Notes: generated from the sequence alone by a model not told the origin. Numbered from the stretch's first letter, positions 1-10,415 are shown. The stretch is 32,000 bases of DNA from Nostoc sp. NOS(2021) (GCF_017115025.1 NZ_JABXKM010000093.1:7508-39507); one strand, 5' to 3'. Numbers and translations: made by a program.

Positions 1-799
1 AGGGCGCGGTGCATTAATTGCCTATCTTACAGGCATTACAACTGTGAGCAACTTTCGCGTTGCTGATATCGCTATTGGTGGTCATGGTGCGCCTCTCGTG
101 CCCAGAGTAGATGCCTATTTACTCAGTCATCCCCAAGAGGGGCGTTGTATTCAAAATATTGGTGGTATTGGCAATGTTGCTTATATTCCGCCTCGGCATG
201 GTGACTGGCTCTCAAAAATTCGCGCTTGGGATACTGGCCCAGGAAATAGTCTATTGGATTTGGCGGTGGAGAATTTAAGCGCTGGTGCTAAAACTTACGA
301 TGAAGATGGCAATTGGGCAGCGAGTGGTACTCCAAGCCATCCATTGGTAGAACAATGGCTCAACCAAGATTACTTTCATCTACCGCCCCCCAAATCCACT
401 GGTCGAGAGTTATTCGGTGTGACTTACCTACATCAGTGTTTAAAAGATGCCCAAGCATACCAACTCAATGCTGCCGACGTACTGGCAACTCTCACGGAAC
501 TTACAGCTGCTTCAATTGTTCATAGTTACCGAACTTTTTTGCTGGAAATGCCACAACGGGTACTATTATGTGGCGGTGGTAGTCGCAATCTCTATTTGAA
601 ACAAAGATTACAGTTTTTGTTGACATCAATACCAGTCTGGACTACAGATGAAGTCGGCTTGAGCGCAGATTTTAAAGAAGCGATCGCCTTCGCGGTTTTA
701 GCCTACTGGCGAAATTTGGGCATTCCTGGCAACCTACCTACTGCGACTGGGGCACCTCAAGAAGTGCTTTTGGGAGAAATTTACCAAGGTCAGTATTGA
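1..799 (+). CDS. anmK: Anhydro-N-acetylmuramic acid kinase, C-terminal ~265 aa; the 5' end lies outside the window
   Basis: The reading frame is open from base 2, with no stop before the listed GTG at 44. Motifs [29 protein letters not shown] and LLCGGGSRN are typical of the AnmK/ASKHA fold. Full-length AnmK is about 380 aa, so the start must be upstream of the window. Confidence 0.85.
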   Translation, partial: GRGALIAYLTGITTVSNFRVADIAIGGHGAPLVPRVDAYLLSHPQEGRCIQNIGGIGNVAYIPPRHGDWLSKIRAWDTGPGNSLLDLAVENLSAGAKTYDEDGNWAASGTPSHPLVEQWLNQDYFHLPPPKSTGRELFGVTYLHQCLKDAQAYQLNAADVLATLTELTAASIVHSYRTFLLEMPQRVLLCGGGSRNLYLKQRLQFLLTSIPVWTTDEVGLSADFKEAIAFAVLAYWRNLGIPGNLPTATGAPQEVLLGEIYQGQY

Positions 800-867
800 G
801 TAGTGAGTCCTGAGTAATGAGTCCTGAGACAGGAAAAACAAACAAGTTAACAATTCAAAATTCAAAA

Positions 868-1000
868 TGACGCTCTCTACGAGACGCTACGCGAACGCTT
901 AGAGCGAGTTCGCGTACCCCTACAATACAAGCAAGCTACGCGCAGCGTCTCGCCCTTAGCGTCTGGCTCCGTCAACGCCAAGGGCGAACGGTGACTCGCA
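868..1000. repeat. Nostoc-type dispersed repeat (ctctacgagacgctacgcgaacgc... family)
   Basis: Closely related copies occur at 13240-13300 (aagcaagctacgc.agcgtctcgc) and 21283-21322 (tctctacgagacgctgcgcgaatgcg). All three are intergenic. Confidence 0.55.
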
Positions 1001-1098
1001 ACTCAGCACGGGCTAAACCATAGCTATCCGCTAACACAACTCAGCCCTGCTATAACTGTAGTCTTGGTGGCACTCGATCAAGACAGGGAATATAGAAG

Positions 1099-1545
1099 GT
1101 GGCTCATACTTTTTTATTGGAACCAGGACGCTGGGCAATGCAAGGAAATTGGCTGGAACGTAATGGTATGCCAATCAGCGTCAAGGGTATGACCTTGGTA
1201 GCTTGGAATCGAGATAACTGGTTCACTATGGCCACAAAACTGATATTTCCTGGTAGCGATCGCTCCGAAATCTCTCTACAATACAAGGGGCGGCTGCATG
1301 AGGGAGAGCGCCAGTATACTTTTTTACTACAACATAATCTTTTGGGGCAGGTTGAAGGCGAAGGCTGGATTGGTCTAGATACTATTGTGCAGCGTTACTG
1401 GGTACTAGGCGATCGTCAGCGTCGTAGTGGCTTTGAAACCCTGCACCGGATTTCGGAAGATACATACTACCTCAGTAGTGGCATCTTGGCTGGTCATTTT
1501 TTAACTAACACAATGGAAGCTAGCCTAGAGCGTCAGTCAACCTAA
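1099..1545 (+). CDS. Hypothetical protein, 148 aa, GTG start
   Basis: A clean ORF in an otherwise ORF-poor interval, with coding-like composition. I recognised no family motif. Confidence 0.5.
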   Translation: MAHTFLLEPGRWAMQGNWLERNGMPISVKGMTLVAWNRDNWFTMATKLIFPGSDRSEISLQYKGRLHEGERQYTFLLQHNLLGQVEGEGWIGLDTIVQRYWVLGDRQRRSGFETLHRISEDTYYLSSGILAGHFLTNTMEASLERQST

Positions 1546-1685
1546 GGGTAGCGCTGCCTCACTGCTGTGCGTCTAGGCTGGAAGCCGGTCGCTCAAACAA
1601 CTCTGGCTACGCACTGGTTTCCCAACGTCCAATGTCTCATGTCTGACCTTGAGGAGTCATCGTTTATTCTCGCCGACCTACTGAG

Positions 1686-2792
1686 TTGTATATGAGTTGT
1701 ATAGTAAAAAAGAAATTATCAAATTATCGTCAGTATTTTAGTATTTTAACCGAACCGTGTAGTCTGGAGTTCAGTTTCGTGAATCCTAAAGTCTCTGTCA
1801 TTATCCCTGCTTACAATACTGAAGCTTATATTGCGAAGGCAATAGAGTCAGCCTTAGAGCAAACGCTCACTGATATTGAAGTTATCATGGTCGATGATGG
1901 TTCAAGTGATAAAACTGTAGAAGTCGCTAAAAGTTTTACTGACCAACGTCTCAAAGTAATAGTTAATCAACAAAATCGTGGGGTTTCTGCTGCGCGTAAT
2001 CGTGCCCTCAGAGCAGCCCAAGGAGAATGGATTGCTGTTCTTGATTCAGATGACTGGTATGCTCCTGAAAGATTAGAAAAGCTTGTGTTGCTGGCCGAGG
2101 AAACAAATGCAGATATGATTGCTGACGATCTTTATTTAATCAAAGATGGTACAACATCTCCTTGGAGTACATTGATTCAAGAAAGTGGAGAACATATAGA
2201 TAAAATTCTCCAAATTGATATTCTTTATTTTGTAGAAACTGATGTCTATGGACAAGTAGGGTTGCATCTGGGTTTAAGCAAGCCTATATTCAAACGAGAA
2301 TTTCTGGTTAAGCACGGCATTGAGTACGATGAAACTATAAGGATAACTGAGGACTTTTGGCTTGATATGAAATGCTTAATCAATGGCGCTCGCTTTTTTC
2401 TTGTGCCAAAACCCTATTATTTCTACCGCTCACGCCCCAATTCTATTGTACGTCAAAGCATATTGTCACGTCTAAATCAATGCTGCATAGCTACTAATTA
2501 TTTCATCCAACAAGAAGTTGTGAAAACAAATCCGGCTTTAATGCGTGCTCTGTCTTATAATCTTGCAGTCTTTAAGAAAAATCTAGCTTACTTTCAAGTT
2601 GTAGTGCCTATAAAGCAAGGTAAATGGGTAACAGCATTGACAGAGATGAGGAAAAATCCGGACTTTGTTTCTGATTTTATTTCTCGGTTTAACAATATTC
2701 TCGAACGTCGAATTCAATACTATGTGATGGGTAATAAATTAGTTTTTGACATGTCTTATAATCTACAGAGAAAACGAAAAACTAATAATTAG
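1686..2792 (+). CDS. Family 2 glycosyltransferase
   Basis: It has the N-terminal GT-A signature VSVIIPAYNTE, then VDDGSSDKT and the DXD-like LDSDDWY. The true start may be a few codons downstream of 1686. Confidence 0.85.
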   Translation: MYMSCIVKKKLSNYRQYFSILTEPCSLEFSFVNPKVSVIIPAYNTEAYIAKAIESALEQTLTDIEVIMVDDGSSDKTVEVAKSFTDQRLKVIVNQQNRGVSAARNRALRAAQGEWIAVLDSDDWYAPERLEKLVLLAEETNADMIADDLYLIKDGTTSPWSTLIQESGEHIDKILQIDILYFVETDVYGQVGLHLGLSKPIFKREFLVKHGIEYDETIRITEDFWLDMKCLINGARFFLVPKPYYFYRSRPNSIVRQSILSRLNQCCIATNYFIQQEVVKTNPALMRALSYNLAVFKKNLAYFQVVVPIKQGKWVTALTEMRKNPDFVSDFISRFNNILERRIQYYVMGNKLVFDMSYNLQRKRKTNN

Positions 2793-3535
2793 TACTATTA
2801 TCACAGTTTTATCAAGAAATAATATATTCTTACGTAGTCAGAATGAGGCTGAAGGTTAAAAACCTGGTGTATCTGTCATTATCCCTACTTACAAAATAAA
2901 GGCAGAGGACAGTCTTGCTGGAGGTAGGAGGAAAGTGCTAATCAAGCAAAACTTTAGTTGTGGATCATTGACCATTAAAATAACAGTTATAAATCCTAAT
3001 AAGCTAGAGCATTATTTACGAGACATGAGGGCTTGGATCTGATAAAATCTGCCCAGCACGGCTTCATGTCGCCCCATCAGGCTTTATTAATATTCAAAAC
3101 TCCGCACTCATTACTCAGTTCTCAGAACTATGTGGTGAGTGTGGTGCTACCTAATTAAGGTTTTTGGGAGATCCTAGAGTTATCTATTTAGTCAAAATTG
3201 GGCAAACTAAAACTACATCACAATTAAAGTGCAAAATGGTACAAAGCGTCATTATAAATCTACCCTTTCTGCTTGTTTGATCTAGCAGGTTGCAATAACC
3301 GTCTCGGTTGCAACCTGCCAGATCATGGGACTGAAAAAAAGCTAGTACAGCACTGCGTAAATAGACCAACGAGTGCAAATCACTGAAAAGCATACCCTGT
3401 AAGCTTTTTGACCTCCGACTTCTGCCTTGCGGTACGAGCCTAGAAAGTCATTTATGGGCACAATAATTCAGATATCAGTCTGAATGCACTTTTCCTCCCA
3501 AACACTTATAACCTGCTTTTGGATTCAAATTCTCT

Positions 3536-5089
3536 ATGTCAGACCCCAACATTGGTCGCTTACTCAGCAAACGCTACCAACTCCAGGAGTTAATCGGTAC
3601 TGGAGCAATGGGTCGGGTTTATCGTGCTAAAGATACTTTGTTGGGAGGTGTACCTGTTGCGGTTAAGTTTCTCGCCCTATCAATCCAAAATGAAAAGATG
3701 CGATTGCATGACCGCTTTGAGCGAGAAGCAAAAACCTGTGCTTTACTAGGGCAAAAAAGCATCCACATTGTCCGAGTCATGGACTATGGCGTAGATGACA
3801 ATAACACCCCGTTCTACGTCATGGAATACCTACAAGGACAAAGCCTAAACAATATTATTCGCAAGCAACGACTGCCTTTACTAAGATTCCTGAGTATGGC
3901 GCGTCAACTCAGCCTGGGGTTACAGTGCGCCCATGATGGCATCCTAGTTGAGGGCACAATTTGCCCAATTATCCATCGCGATGTCAAGCCAAGCAATATC
4001 CTGGTGATTCAAGATCCCAGTTTCGGAGAATTGGTCAAGGTTCTAGATTTTGGTATTGCTAAGTTATTACAGTCAGATGGCGACCATACAAAATTTTATT
4101 TGGGGACACTGGCTTATTCTTCTCCCGAACAGATGGAGGGTAAAGAATTAGACAACCGTGCTGATATTTATAGTTTAGGCGTGATGATGTTTGAGATGCT
4201 CACAGGCAAAATGCCACTGGTGGCACCAACTCACTCTTTTGGAGCATGGTATAAAACACATCACTATCAAAAACCACGTTCTTTTGCTGAGGTTGCACCC
4301 GGATTAGAACTACCAAAAGAAATCGAAAATTTGGTGATGAGTTCTCTAGCTAAAGTACCACGCGATCGCCCCCAAAATATCGCTGAAATCCTCAGAGTTT
4401 TAGCATCTCTAGAAAAGCCTGAGCATACACGCATCCCTAAGCAAGACAGCCATGCCTTAGTTCCTGCTACTACAGTGAGCAATAAGCTTGAACAAAAGAC
4501 AAAAGCCGATTTGCGGGCATCCTGGTCGAACGATGAAATTGCTCGTGCCATTTCCTGGCCCCAAAATAAACCAATTGCCGATATTGTGTTTCCCCAGACC
4601 ATTCACACCAATGAGGAGGTTTTACCAGCTCTGTGGGTGATGCTACCGCAAGAGGAAATTCAAAAGCGCTTACTCTGTACCCGCTATAACCAATTTCTTT
4701 TCATTTCTATTCCCCATCCCATGCTCCTATGGATTACTGTTATCTACAACCGCAAACATGGTGCTAAATGGTTACCTTATTACCTTGATCTCAAAACCAG
4801 TCTTGGTCAAGAAATTGCCCGGTTACTACAGCATACAGGTTCCTACCGCCTGTTGTTCTTTGCACGAGAAACACCAAATCGCTGTACCCATATCTTACTT
4901 TCCAGCGTCGCTTCTGCCCAGCGCCAACGACTGCAAGATTGGGTCGCAATGAGCAATACATTGATGTCCTCTGCCGACCCGCAAATGAGTAAAAGCTTAC
5001 TCAAAAGCGAGTACGAAAAAATTAAGCCTCAAATTCTGGCAAAACTGGAAAGTATTGATACAGATTCTCCATACGATCTTTCTAGCTAG
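3536..5089 (+). CDS. Hanks-type Ser/Thr protein kinase with an uncharacterised ~220-aa C-terminal domain
   Basis: Kinase motifs are present: G-loop GTGAMGRVY, VAVKF lysine, catalytic loop HRDVKPSNIL, DFGIAK, and SPEQ in the activation segment. The C-terminal half (aa ~300-517) has no motif I recognise. Confidence 0.9.
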   Translation: MSDPNIGRLLSKRYQLQELIGTGAMGRVYRAKDTLLGGVPVAVKFLALSIQNEKMRLHDRFEREAKTCALLGQKSIHIVRVMDYGVDDNNTPFYVMEYLQGQSLNNIIRKQRLPLLRFLSMARQLSLGLQCAHDGILVEGTICPIIHRDVKPSNILVIQDPSFGELVKVLDFGIAKLLQSDGDHTKFYLGTLAYSSPEQMEGKELDNRADIYSLGVMMFEMLTGKMPLVAPTHSFGAWYKTHHYQKPRSFAEVAPGLELPKEIENLVMSSLAKVPRDRPQNIAEILRVLASLEKPEHTRIPKQDSHALVPATTVSNKLEQKTKADLRASWSNDEIARAISWPQNKPIADIVFPQTIHTNEEVLPALWVMLPQEEIQKRLLCTRYNQFLFISIPHPMLLWITVIYNRKHGAKWLPYYLDLKTSLGQEIARLLQHTGSYRLLFFARETPNRCTHILLSSVASAQRQRLQDWVAMSNTLMSSADPQMSKSLLKSEYEKIKPQILAKLESIDTDSPYDLSS

Positions 5090-5563
5090 GCATAATTTCT
5101 TAATGTTACATGTTTTAGATGGAACTAAGGAGTGGGCACTCCCAGAATGTAAACTTTTATAAACAAAATATATATAAACATGTAAGTTCTAGTTATATGT
5201 ATAAAGAGTGAGATCACTAACTCCCAAATAAGGGCTGTCTAAATTCTCTCTAAATCTTTCTGTGTACATATTCCAGGAGATTATAAATTTACGCAGGTGT
5301 GATTCTCAGACTAGACGAAACAAAAAGAAGTTTGGCTAAAGCAAACAATAAATTTAGCCTAGAAAGCTAAAGCTAGGTCTAGACTCCAGTAGATGTGCCG
5401 TAGACAATGTTTACTCATTATTCTTAGTTAATTTCGTGAATTGAACTTTTGCGCCGCTCTTGTAGAATTAGTTATCGAAGTTGACGCCCCGACAGCCCCA
5501 GCTCTTTTCCTCTTTGGAACCAAGCAAGAGAAGGAGGTCGCCCACTGCGACATCAGAACGACT

Positions 5564-5761
5564 CTATGCCATAGTGGAACCGGAATCTAAGCCCCACTGG
5601 TGCTTAAGAAGCTCTTGATAAGTTGCCTCGCGCACTACCATTTGCTCATAGAGCTTTACCAAAAAGTCTTTAGCTTGATCGTGGCTCATATTTTGTACCT
5701 GAGTAGAAAATGAGCAAATGCTGAATTGCTGTTCCAAGGATAGTTTCATGGGTTGATTCAT
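5564..5761 (-). CDS. nblA: Phycobilisome degradation protein NblA (65 aa)
   Basis: From the internal ATG at 5761 the product is MNQPMKLSLEQQFSICSFSTQVQNMSHDQAKDFLVKLYEQMVVREATYQELLKHQWGL... This matches the length and the conserved LSLEQQF...SHDQAKDFLVKLYEQM...ATY..LLK core of Nostoc/Anabaena NblA. The upstream 19 codons of the listed ORF are unlikely to be coding. Confidence 0.85.
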   Translation of the reverse strand: MNQPMKLSLEQQFSICSFSTQVQNMSHDQAKDFLVKLYEQMVVREATYQELLKHQWGLDSGSTMA

Positions 5762-6361
5762 AGTTAACTCCGAAAAAACAACGCGTAAAAGAAAGTGATA
5801 TCGCTCACAGAAGTCCAAATGGGATAATAATTGGACTTGTAAGTGTCCAACATTTGTTCCTCTGTATTAAGAAAGATAACAATTGTTTGACAGATTTGCC
5901 CACATCCAAAGTGGGGAATTTTTCTGCTCTGATATCTTGCACCTAATCCTACTGATATACCACCCAAGTCAGCCGAAGCATATTCCAGAAAATAGGCTCT
6001 GTTTGGCCCCAGATAGGTATAACTACCTCCCTGACTCCTTCCTGCTTGGCACAACTCTCCTTTGAGGAGAATATCAAGTGCTATCCTTAACCATCGATAG
6101 TTTTTCTTAAACAAAAAAACTAAGATGCTGTCTCCCCCAGCATGGAGGAAGCTTCGGAGGGTAGGGATTTTAAGGAGGTTGGGGAATGAATGGTAATAAG
6201 CGTGAATTATAGTCGCTCTACCTTATTACGTGCAAGATGTCAATTTAGCAATTCTATGCAAATTTAGCCTCCTTAGGTCACTTTGGAGGCTAAAAGTATT
6301 TGTATCAAATTGTAAAAAGGAAAAATGCTCACGCTGAACAAATTGCTGAGTATATCTACCG

Positions 6362-6416
6362 GATTAATCATTTGTCAGTTGTCCTTTGTCCTTGGACAAC
6401 TGACAAATGATTAATC
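6362..6416. terminator. Perfect 23-bp inverted repeat (9-nt loop) directly 3' of the PP2C stop codon; a possible terminator or stabiliser hairpin
   Basis: The arm gattaatcatttgtcagttgtcc (6362-6384) pairs perfectly with ggacaactgacaaatgattaatc (6394-6416). No U-run follows on the minus strand, so intrinsic terminator function is uncertain. The arms are built from TGTCATT/TGTCCTT-type heptamers. Confidence 0.45.
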
Positions 6417-6417
6417 A

Positions 6418-7155
6418 CTAATGACTATTTTCTTCGAGTGAGACGATGACAACTGTGATGTTATCGTGCCCTCCGTGCTCTTTGGCAGCCTCAACTAGAG
6501 ACATGGCGGCTTTATCAACCCAAGGAGTGTCTTGGAGGCAGCTAGCAATCTTCTGCTCGACAAGTTCTTCTGTGAGACCATCGCTACATAACAGCAAGCG
6601 ATCGCCAACTTTTACATCCAGTGGTTGCAGATCAATCTGATGCAAATCTTCACGCCCCAAACAGCGCGATAATACATGACGAAAAGGATGTAACCGTGCT
6701 TCATCTAAGGTGATGTCACCGATTTTGATTGCCCGTGCTACCCAAGTGTGGTCTTCCGTTACCTGTTCTAATTGCGACTCCCGGAAGCGATACAGCCGCG
6801 AATCGCCAACATGACCGCACCAGGGCGACTCTGGGGAGCGAAAAATTACCGCTACAACCGTTGTACCCATGTCGGCGCGTGCGGGATGATTTTGCTGATC
6901 CTGCAAAATCGCTTCATTGGCACCCCACAAAGCTTGCTCTAGCAATTCTTGGGAAGATTTAGGAGATTGCCAATTTGCCACTAAATACGCCTGAATTTCT
7001 TTAGTGGCAATCCGACTTGCTTCCTCACCTCCGGCATGACCACCCATGCCATCGGCGACAACGAAAAACCGCCCCTCTGGGTCGATATAGTAAGCATCCT
7101 GATTATTAGAACGAATAAGTCCCGGATCGCTAAAACCCGTGAAATTAAGTTTCAT
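6418..7155 (-). CDS. PP2C-family Ser/Thr protein phosphatase
   Basis: PP2C motifs are present: RSNNQDA, VADGMGGHAGGE, GDSRLY, LLCSDGL and GGHDNITVV. Confidence 0.9.
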   Translation of the reverse strand: MKLNFTGFSDPGLIRSNNQDAYYIDPEGRFFVVADGMGGHAGGEEASRIATKEIQAYLVANWQSPKSSQELLEQALWGANEAILQDQQNHPARADMGTTVVAVIFRSPESPWCGHVGDSRLYRFRESQLEQVTEDHTWVARAIKIGDITLDEARLHPFRHVLSRCLGREDLHQIDLQPLDVKVGDRLLLCSDGLTEELVEQKIASCLQDTPWVDKAAMSLVEAAKEHGGHDNITVVIVSLEENSH

Positions 7156-7172
7156 AATTTTTTTTGCAACAA

Positions 7173-8909
7173 TTAATACATACGATCGTAACGGTCAAGG
7201 CGTAAAAGTAATCGGATCACGATTACTGAAAGCCCTGCTGCAATTAAACCAGGAACTAGTGCCCACCATGCATGATTGCTAACCACTAAGATCGTAGCTG
7301 AAAGTGTGAAACCACTGATTAACAGAGCATAGCTTATTGAAAGCTGAATACTGCTCTGCCGCCGCAACAGCCGTTCAGTTTCTATAGAACGAACGCGCAA
7401 GCGCATGTCTCCCCGTTCTAGCTTCTCTAGCGTATCCTCTAATCTACGTGGTAGACCAAACGCAGTACTACTTACTTGAGCTGCTTGGCGACTTAATTCG
7501 TTAAGAAAGCTATTCCCCTCAGAACCATTCATATCGGTCATAAGCTGCATTGCATATGGTTTGGCAACTTCCATAAAGTTAAAATCTGGATCTAAACCTT
7601 TGCCTACCCCTTCCAGAGTAGAAAAGGCTCGCATCACAAAAGTGAAGGTTGCTGGAAATCTAAATGGCTGATTATAAGCTATTTCGTAAAGGTCGTCACT
7701 AATTGCTGCGACCGATTGATTTTCAAAGGGCTTATCCATGAAATTATCCAGCATGTACTGGACGGAACGCCGCACTGGGCCCATATCATCCGTTGGGGCG
7801 ATCGCGCCTAAATCGATCAGAGACTGCACAACGCGATCGCCGTCTTTTTGGGCAATACCAAACAGGGTTTGCATCAATCCTTCGCGGACGTTGGCTTTAA
7901 TCCGCCCCATCATGCCAAAATCGTAGAATATTAAAGCCCCACTTGCACTAACGGCAATATTGCCTGGGTGGGGATCGGCGTGGAAAAAGCCACTATTGAG
8001 TAACTGAATTAAATAGGCTTGAGCGCCTTGACGAGCGATCGCCTTTCGATCCAAACCTGCTGCTTCTAAAGCTTCGTATTGGCTAATTTTAATTCCAGGG
8101 AGATATTCCAAAGTCAGCACTCTGGACGTGGCATAACGCCAATATATTCTTGGGACGTTCACCCAATCGTAGCCGCGAAAGTTCCGGCGAAAAGTATCGG
8201 CGTTACGACCTTCGTTAAGATAATCAATTTCTTCCCAAAGAATACGACAACACTCGTCATAAATACCCAACCAATCTCGCCCTTTTCCCCATTTGGGATG
8301 GTTTTGAAAATAGCGAGTAATTCCCTTGAGAATTTGTAAATCTATTTCAAATAACTTCTTGAGTCCAGGACGTTGCACCTTGACAACAACTGATTCCCCA
8401 GTATACAGCACAGCTTTGTGTACTTGCCCCAAGCTAGCAGCAGCTAGGGGAATAGGTTCAAAATTATGGAATAGTTCAGGAATTTTCTTGCCTAATTCTT
8501 TCTCAATGGTCGCTTCTACTTGCTCATAGCTAAATGCCGGTACTTTGTCTTGTAATTTGGCTAGTTCTTCTACATATTCACCAGGGAATATATCAGCACG
8601 GGTAGAAAACAATTGCCCGACTTTGATGAAGGTTGGCCCTAAATCCAGCAGGGTATTACGAATCCAGACCGCTTGAGTTTTGCGTCTTGCAGCTTGCTTG
8701 ACTTCAGTTACTCCACCCGCGTAACTCCAAGATTTGTTGTATAGCCAAAGCTTGAACATTAAGGTCAAGACAAAAGACCAAATGTCCACAAAACGCCGTC
8801 TGCTAGAGTAGTTTTCCCGATTCCAACGGTATGCCTTTTCTGAATAACCTTGTTCCATATGCTTTGTGTACCGTTGGTTTGCGATCGAATCACCTGGAAG
8901 AAAAGACAC
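7173..8909 (-). CDS. ABC1/UbiB (AarF)-family atypical kinase with C-terminal transmembrane helices
   Basis: Motifs include GPTFIKVGQLFSTR, AAASLGQVHKA, VVVKVQRPG, HADPHPGNI and FYDFGMMG. The tail is hydrophobic (LISGFTLSATILVV..., LIAAGLSVIVI). Confidence 0.9.
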   Translation of the reverse strand: MSFLPGDSIANQRYTKHMEQGYSEKAYRWNRENYSSRRRFVDIWSFVLTLMFKLWLYNKSWSYAGGVTEVKQAARRKTQAVWIRNTLLDLGPTFIKVGQLFSTRADIFPGEYVEELAKLQDKVPAFSYEQVEATIEKELGKKIPELFHNFEPIPLAAASLGQVHKAVLYTGESVVVKVQRPGLKKLFEIDLQILKGITRYFQNHPKWGKGRDWLGIYDECCRILWEEIDYLNEGRNADTFRRNFRGYDWVNVPRIYWRYATSRVLTLEYLPGIKISQYEALEAAGLDRKAIARQGAQAYLIQLLNSGFFHADPHPGNIAVSASGALIFYDFGMMGRIKANVREGLMQTLFGIAQKDGDRVVQSLIDLGAIAPTDDMGPVRRSVQYMLDNFMDKPFENQSVAAISDDLYEIAYNQPFRFPATFTFVMRAFSTLEGVGKGLDPDFNFMEVAKPYAMQLMTDMNGSEGNSFLNELSRQAAQVSSTAFGLPRRLEDTLEKLERGDMRLRVRSIETERLLRRQSSIQLSISYALLISGFTLSATILVVSNHAWWALVPGLIAAGLSVIVIRLLLRLDRYDRMY

Positions 8910-8937
8910 TCTGATTCCTAAACTGTTTTTTCTTAAG

Positions 8938-9010
8938 TGTCCTTTGTCATTTGTCCTTTGTCATTTGCGTACAATTTTTTACTAATGACTAATGACCAAT
9001 GACTAATGAC
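8938..9010. repeat. STRR-type heptamer repeat block forming an imperfect hairpin
   Basis: The left arm is TGTCCTT/TGTCATT heptamers (8938-8967). The right arm is ACTAATG/ACCAATG heptamers (8981-9010). The same heptamers recur at 28267-28321 and 6362-6416. Confidence 0.7.
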
Positions 9011-9015
9011 AAAAT

Positions 9016-9342
9016 TTATGCGGAAGTTCTGCGATAATGTTGCAATTCTGTTCGTAACAGGGCAATTTCTGCTCGTAATTCATCAATATCTGCTTGCAAG
9101 TCACCTGATTCAGAACTGGCTTGCCTACTACCTGTGGTAGATTGACCAGCATTAGCTGTTTCTGCTGCCCGATTTGCCCGCTCTAGGACTTCTTCTGTAA
9201 ACTGGCGCAACTGCTCTCTAGCTTCGGCATCAAATTTGCCCAAATCACTTAAAGCATCGGTCAAGGCGACCTCTAAACGCTCATTGACTACTTCAGCTAC
9301 CGCTCTGCCTACGAAAAAGGCTTGCACAAGGGGGTTACTCAT
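9016..9342 (-). CDS. Hypothetical helical protein, 108 aa
   Basis: A clean ORF with an ATG start and coiled-coil-like sequence ([21 protein letters not shown]..., [17 protein letters not shown]). The family is not recognised. Confidence 0.65.
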   Translation of the reverse strand: MSNPLVQAFFVGRAVAEVVNERLEVALTDALSDLGKFDAEAREQLRQFTEEVLERANRAAETANAGQSTTGSRQASSESGDLQADIDELRAEIALLRTELQHYRRTSA

Positions 9343-9567
9343 AAATTTTTGTTACGTTGATCCGCAAGAGAATTATAACTTGCCCGTATGCTTTACGGCT
9401 TCTGCTGAGGAGTTAGAGATTTGGGGTTGGCGATCGCTAGACTAGCTCAGTAAAAAAGATGCTTGATGAAATTTTATGAAATATGACAATCTTTGGGAAG
9501 ATACAACAACTAGCTTAGATATCCCTTCAGTGCTTGATATTACTACTGCCAATGAGAGCAATCTTAG

Positions 9568-10040
9568 TTAAGTTTTATGAGATTCCAGTAACTCTTGATA
9601 ATATTGCTTAGGTGTACTGGGTAAATAAGTCGTCATTTGCAAGGTTTGCTCACTCACCTTGAAACTTTGGCTAATGTTAATTTGGCTAAGGAAGTCTAAA
9701 TCATGGGAAATCACCCACAGCGCCCCTTTGTATTAGTTAATACCACCTTCCATTTGCTCAACGGTGGCTATATCTAGGTTATTAGTTGGCTCATCGAGAA
9801 TCAGCAGGTCAATTTCTGAGATCCTGATTATAGCGATGCCTGCGGCGGGCTACGCCGCTAATCTTGCCAATTCACCCCCACTCAGCACAGAGGCGCTTTT
9901 GTGAACGTCATCATATTTAAAGAGGAAGTGTCCCAACTGTTGACGCAAAAGCTGATAGCTGAGATGAGGATTGGCAGCTTGCATATTTTCCAGAATTGTG
10001 TATCGACGATTTACCAATTCGGAGGTTTGATCGAGATATT
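9568..10040 (-). pseudogene. ABC-F type ATP-binding cassette protein, C-terminal fragment with in-frame stops
   Basis: The minus-strand translation reads ...YLDQTSELVNRRYTILENM...FKYDDVHKSASVLSGGELARLAA*PAAGIAIIRISEIDLLILDEPTNNLDIATVEQMEGGIN*YKGALWVISHDLDFL... The ABC signature LSGGE, Walker B LLILDEPT and the H-loop SHD are all recognisable. The frame contains two stops, and there is no N-terminal half. Confidence 0.7.
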
Positions 10041-10133
10041 ATGATCAAGCTAGTAGGAGAATCAGAAACTCCACCGAAAAGTTGACTCTATCCAGTAATT
10101 ATATCTTGGTGTGAGGAGAAGAATTTTGTACTT

Positions 10134-10325
10134 GTGACAAACAACCGAACTTCTATGCCAGGACATTTAGCTGATCATATCGCTGTTAATCATCACATAT
10201 CAGGAATTTTCATCCTCAATCAAAACTTGAGTATTGGTGAAAATATAGAAGAATTAATAATAGCTGCTTTGGCTTCAGAAGAAGATGAATATCAAGACAG
10301 AATAGTTTATTTACCCTTACCTTAA
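10134..10325 (+). pseudogene. Possible C-terminal remnant of a DUF5615 (PIN-like toxin) gene
   Basis: The segment HHISGIFILNQNLSIGENIEELIIAALASEEDEYQDRIVYL resembles the C-terminus of the DUF5615 gene at 13347-13672 (HAGIIYCAQNRHSIGEILRRLILIWEV). It is only 63 aa, and no DUF433 partner lies upstream. Confidence 0.35.
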
Positions 10326-10415
10326 AAATAGGTGAATGCCTACGGCACGCTATGCGATCGCCAAGTACAACACTGCTACAATAAACCCATAACTACTTGA
10401 TGCCGTCTCCATTCT

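Noticed and set aside
313-1286. Alternative-frame or antisense ORFs 313-525 (+) and 1104-1286 (-)
   Set aside because: They are nested within better-supported genes (anmK and the 148-aa ORF) and have low-complexity, motif-free translations.
2866-2900. GT2-like peptide GVSVIIPTYK just downstream of the GT2 gene
   Set aside because: Only about 10 residues resemble the GT-A N-terminus, and the following translation is unrelated. It is too short to call even as a pseudogene.
3184-3393. 69-aa minus ORF in the gap upstream of the kinase gene
   Set aside because: It has no motifs and spans the 3285-3318 hairpin, so it is probably non-coding.
5764-6114. 116-aa minus ORF and 60-aa plus ORF upstream of nblA
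   Set aside because: They have no recognisable motifs and an odd composition, and one overlaps the nblA start region. This interval is more plausibly the nblA promoter and 5' UTR.
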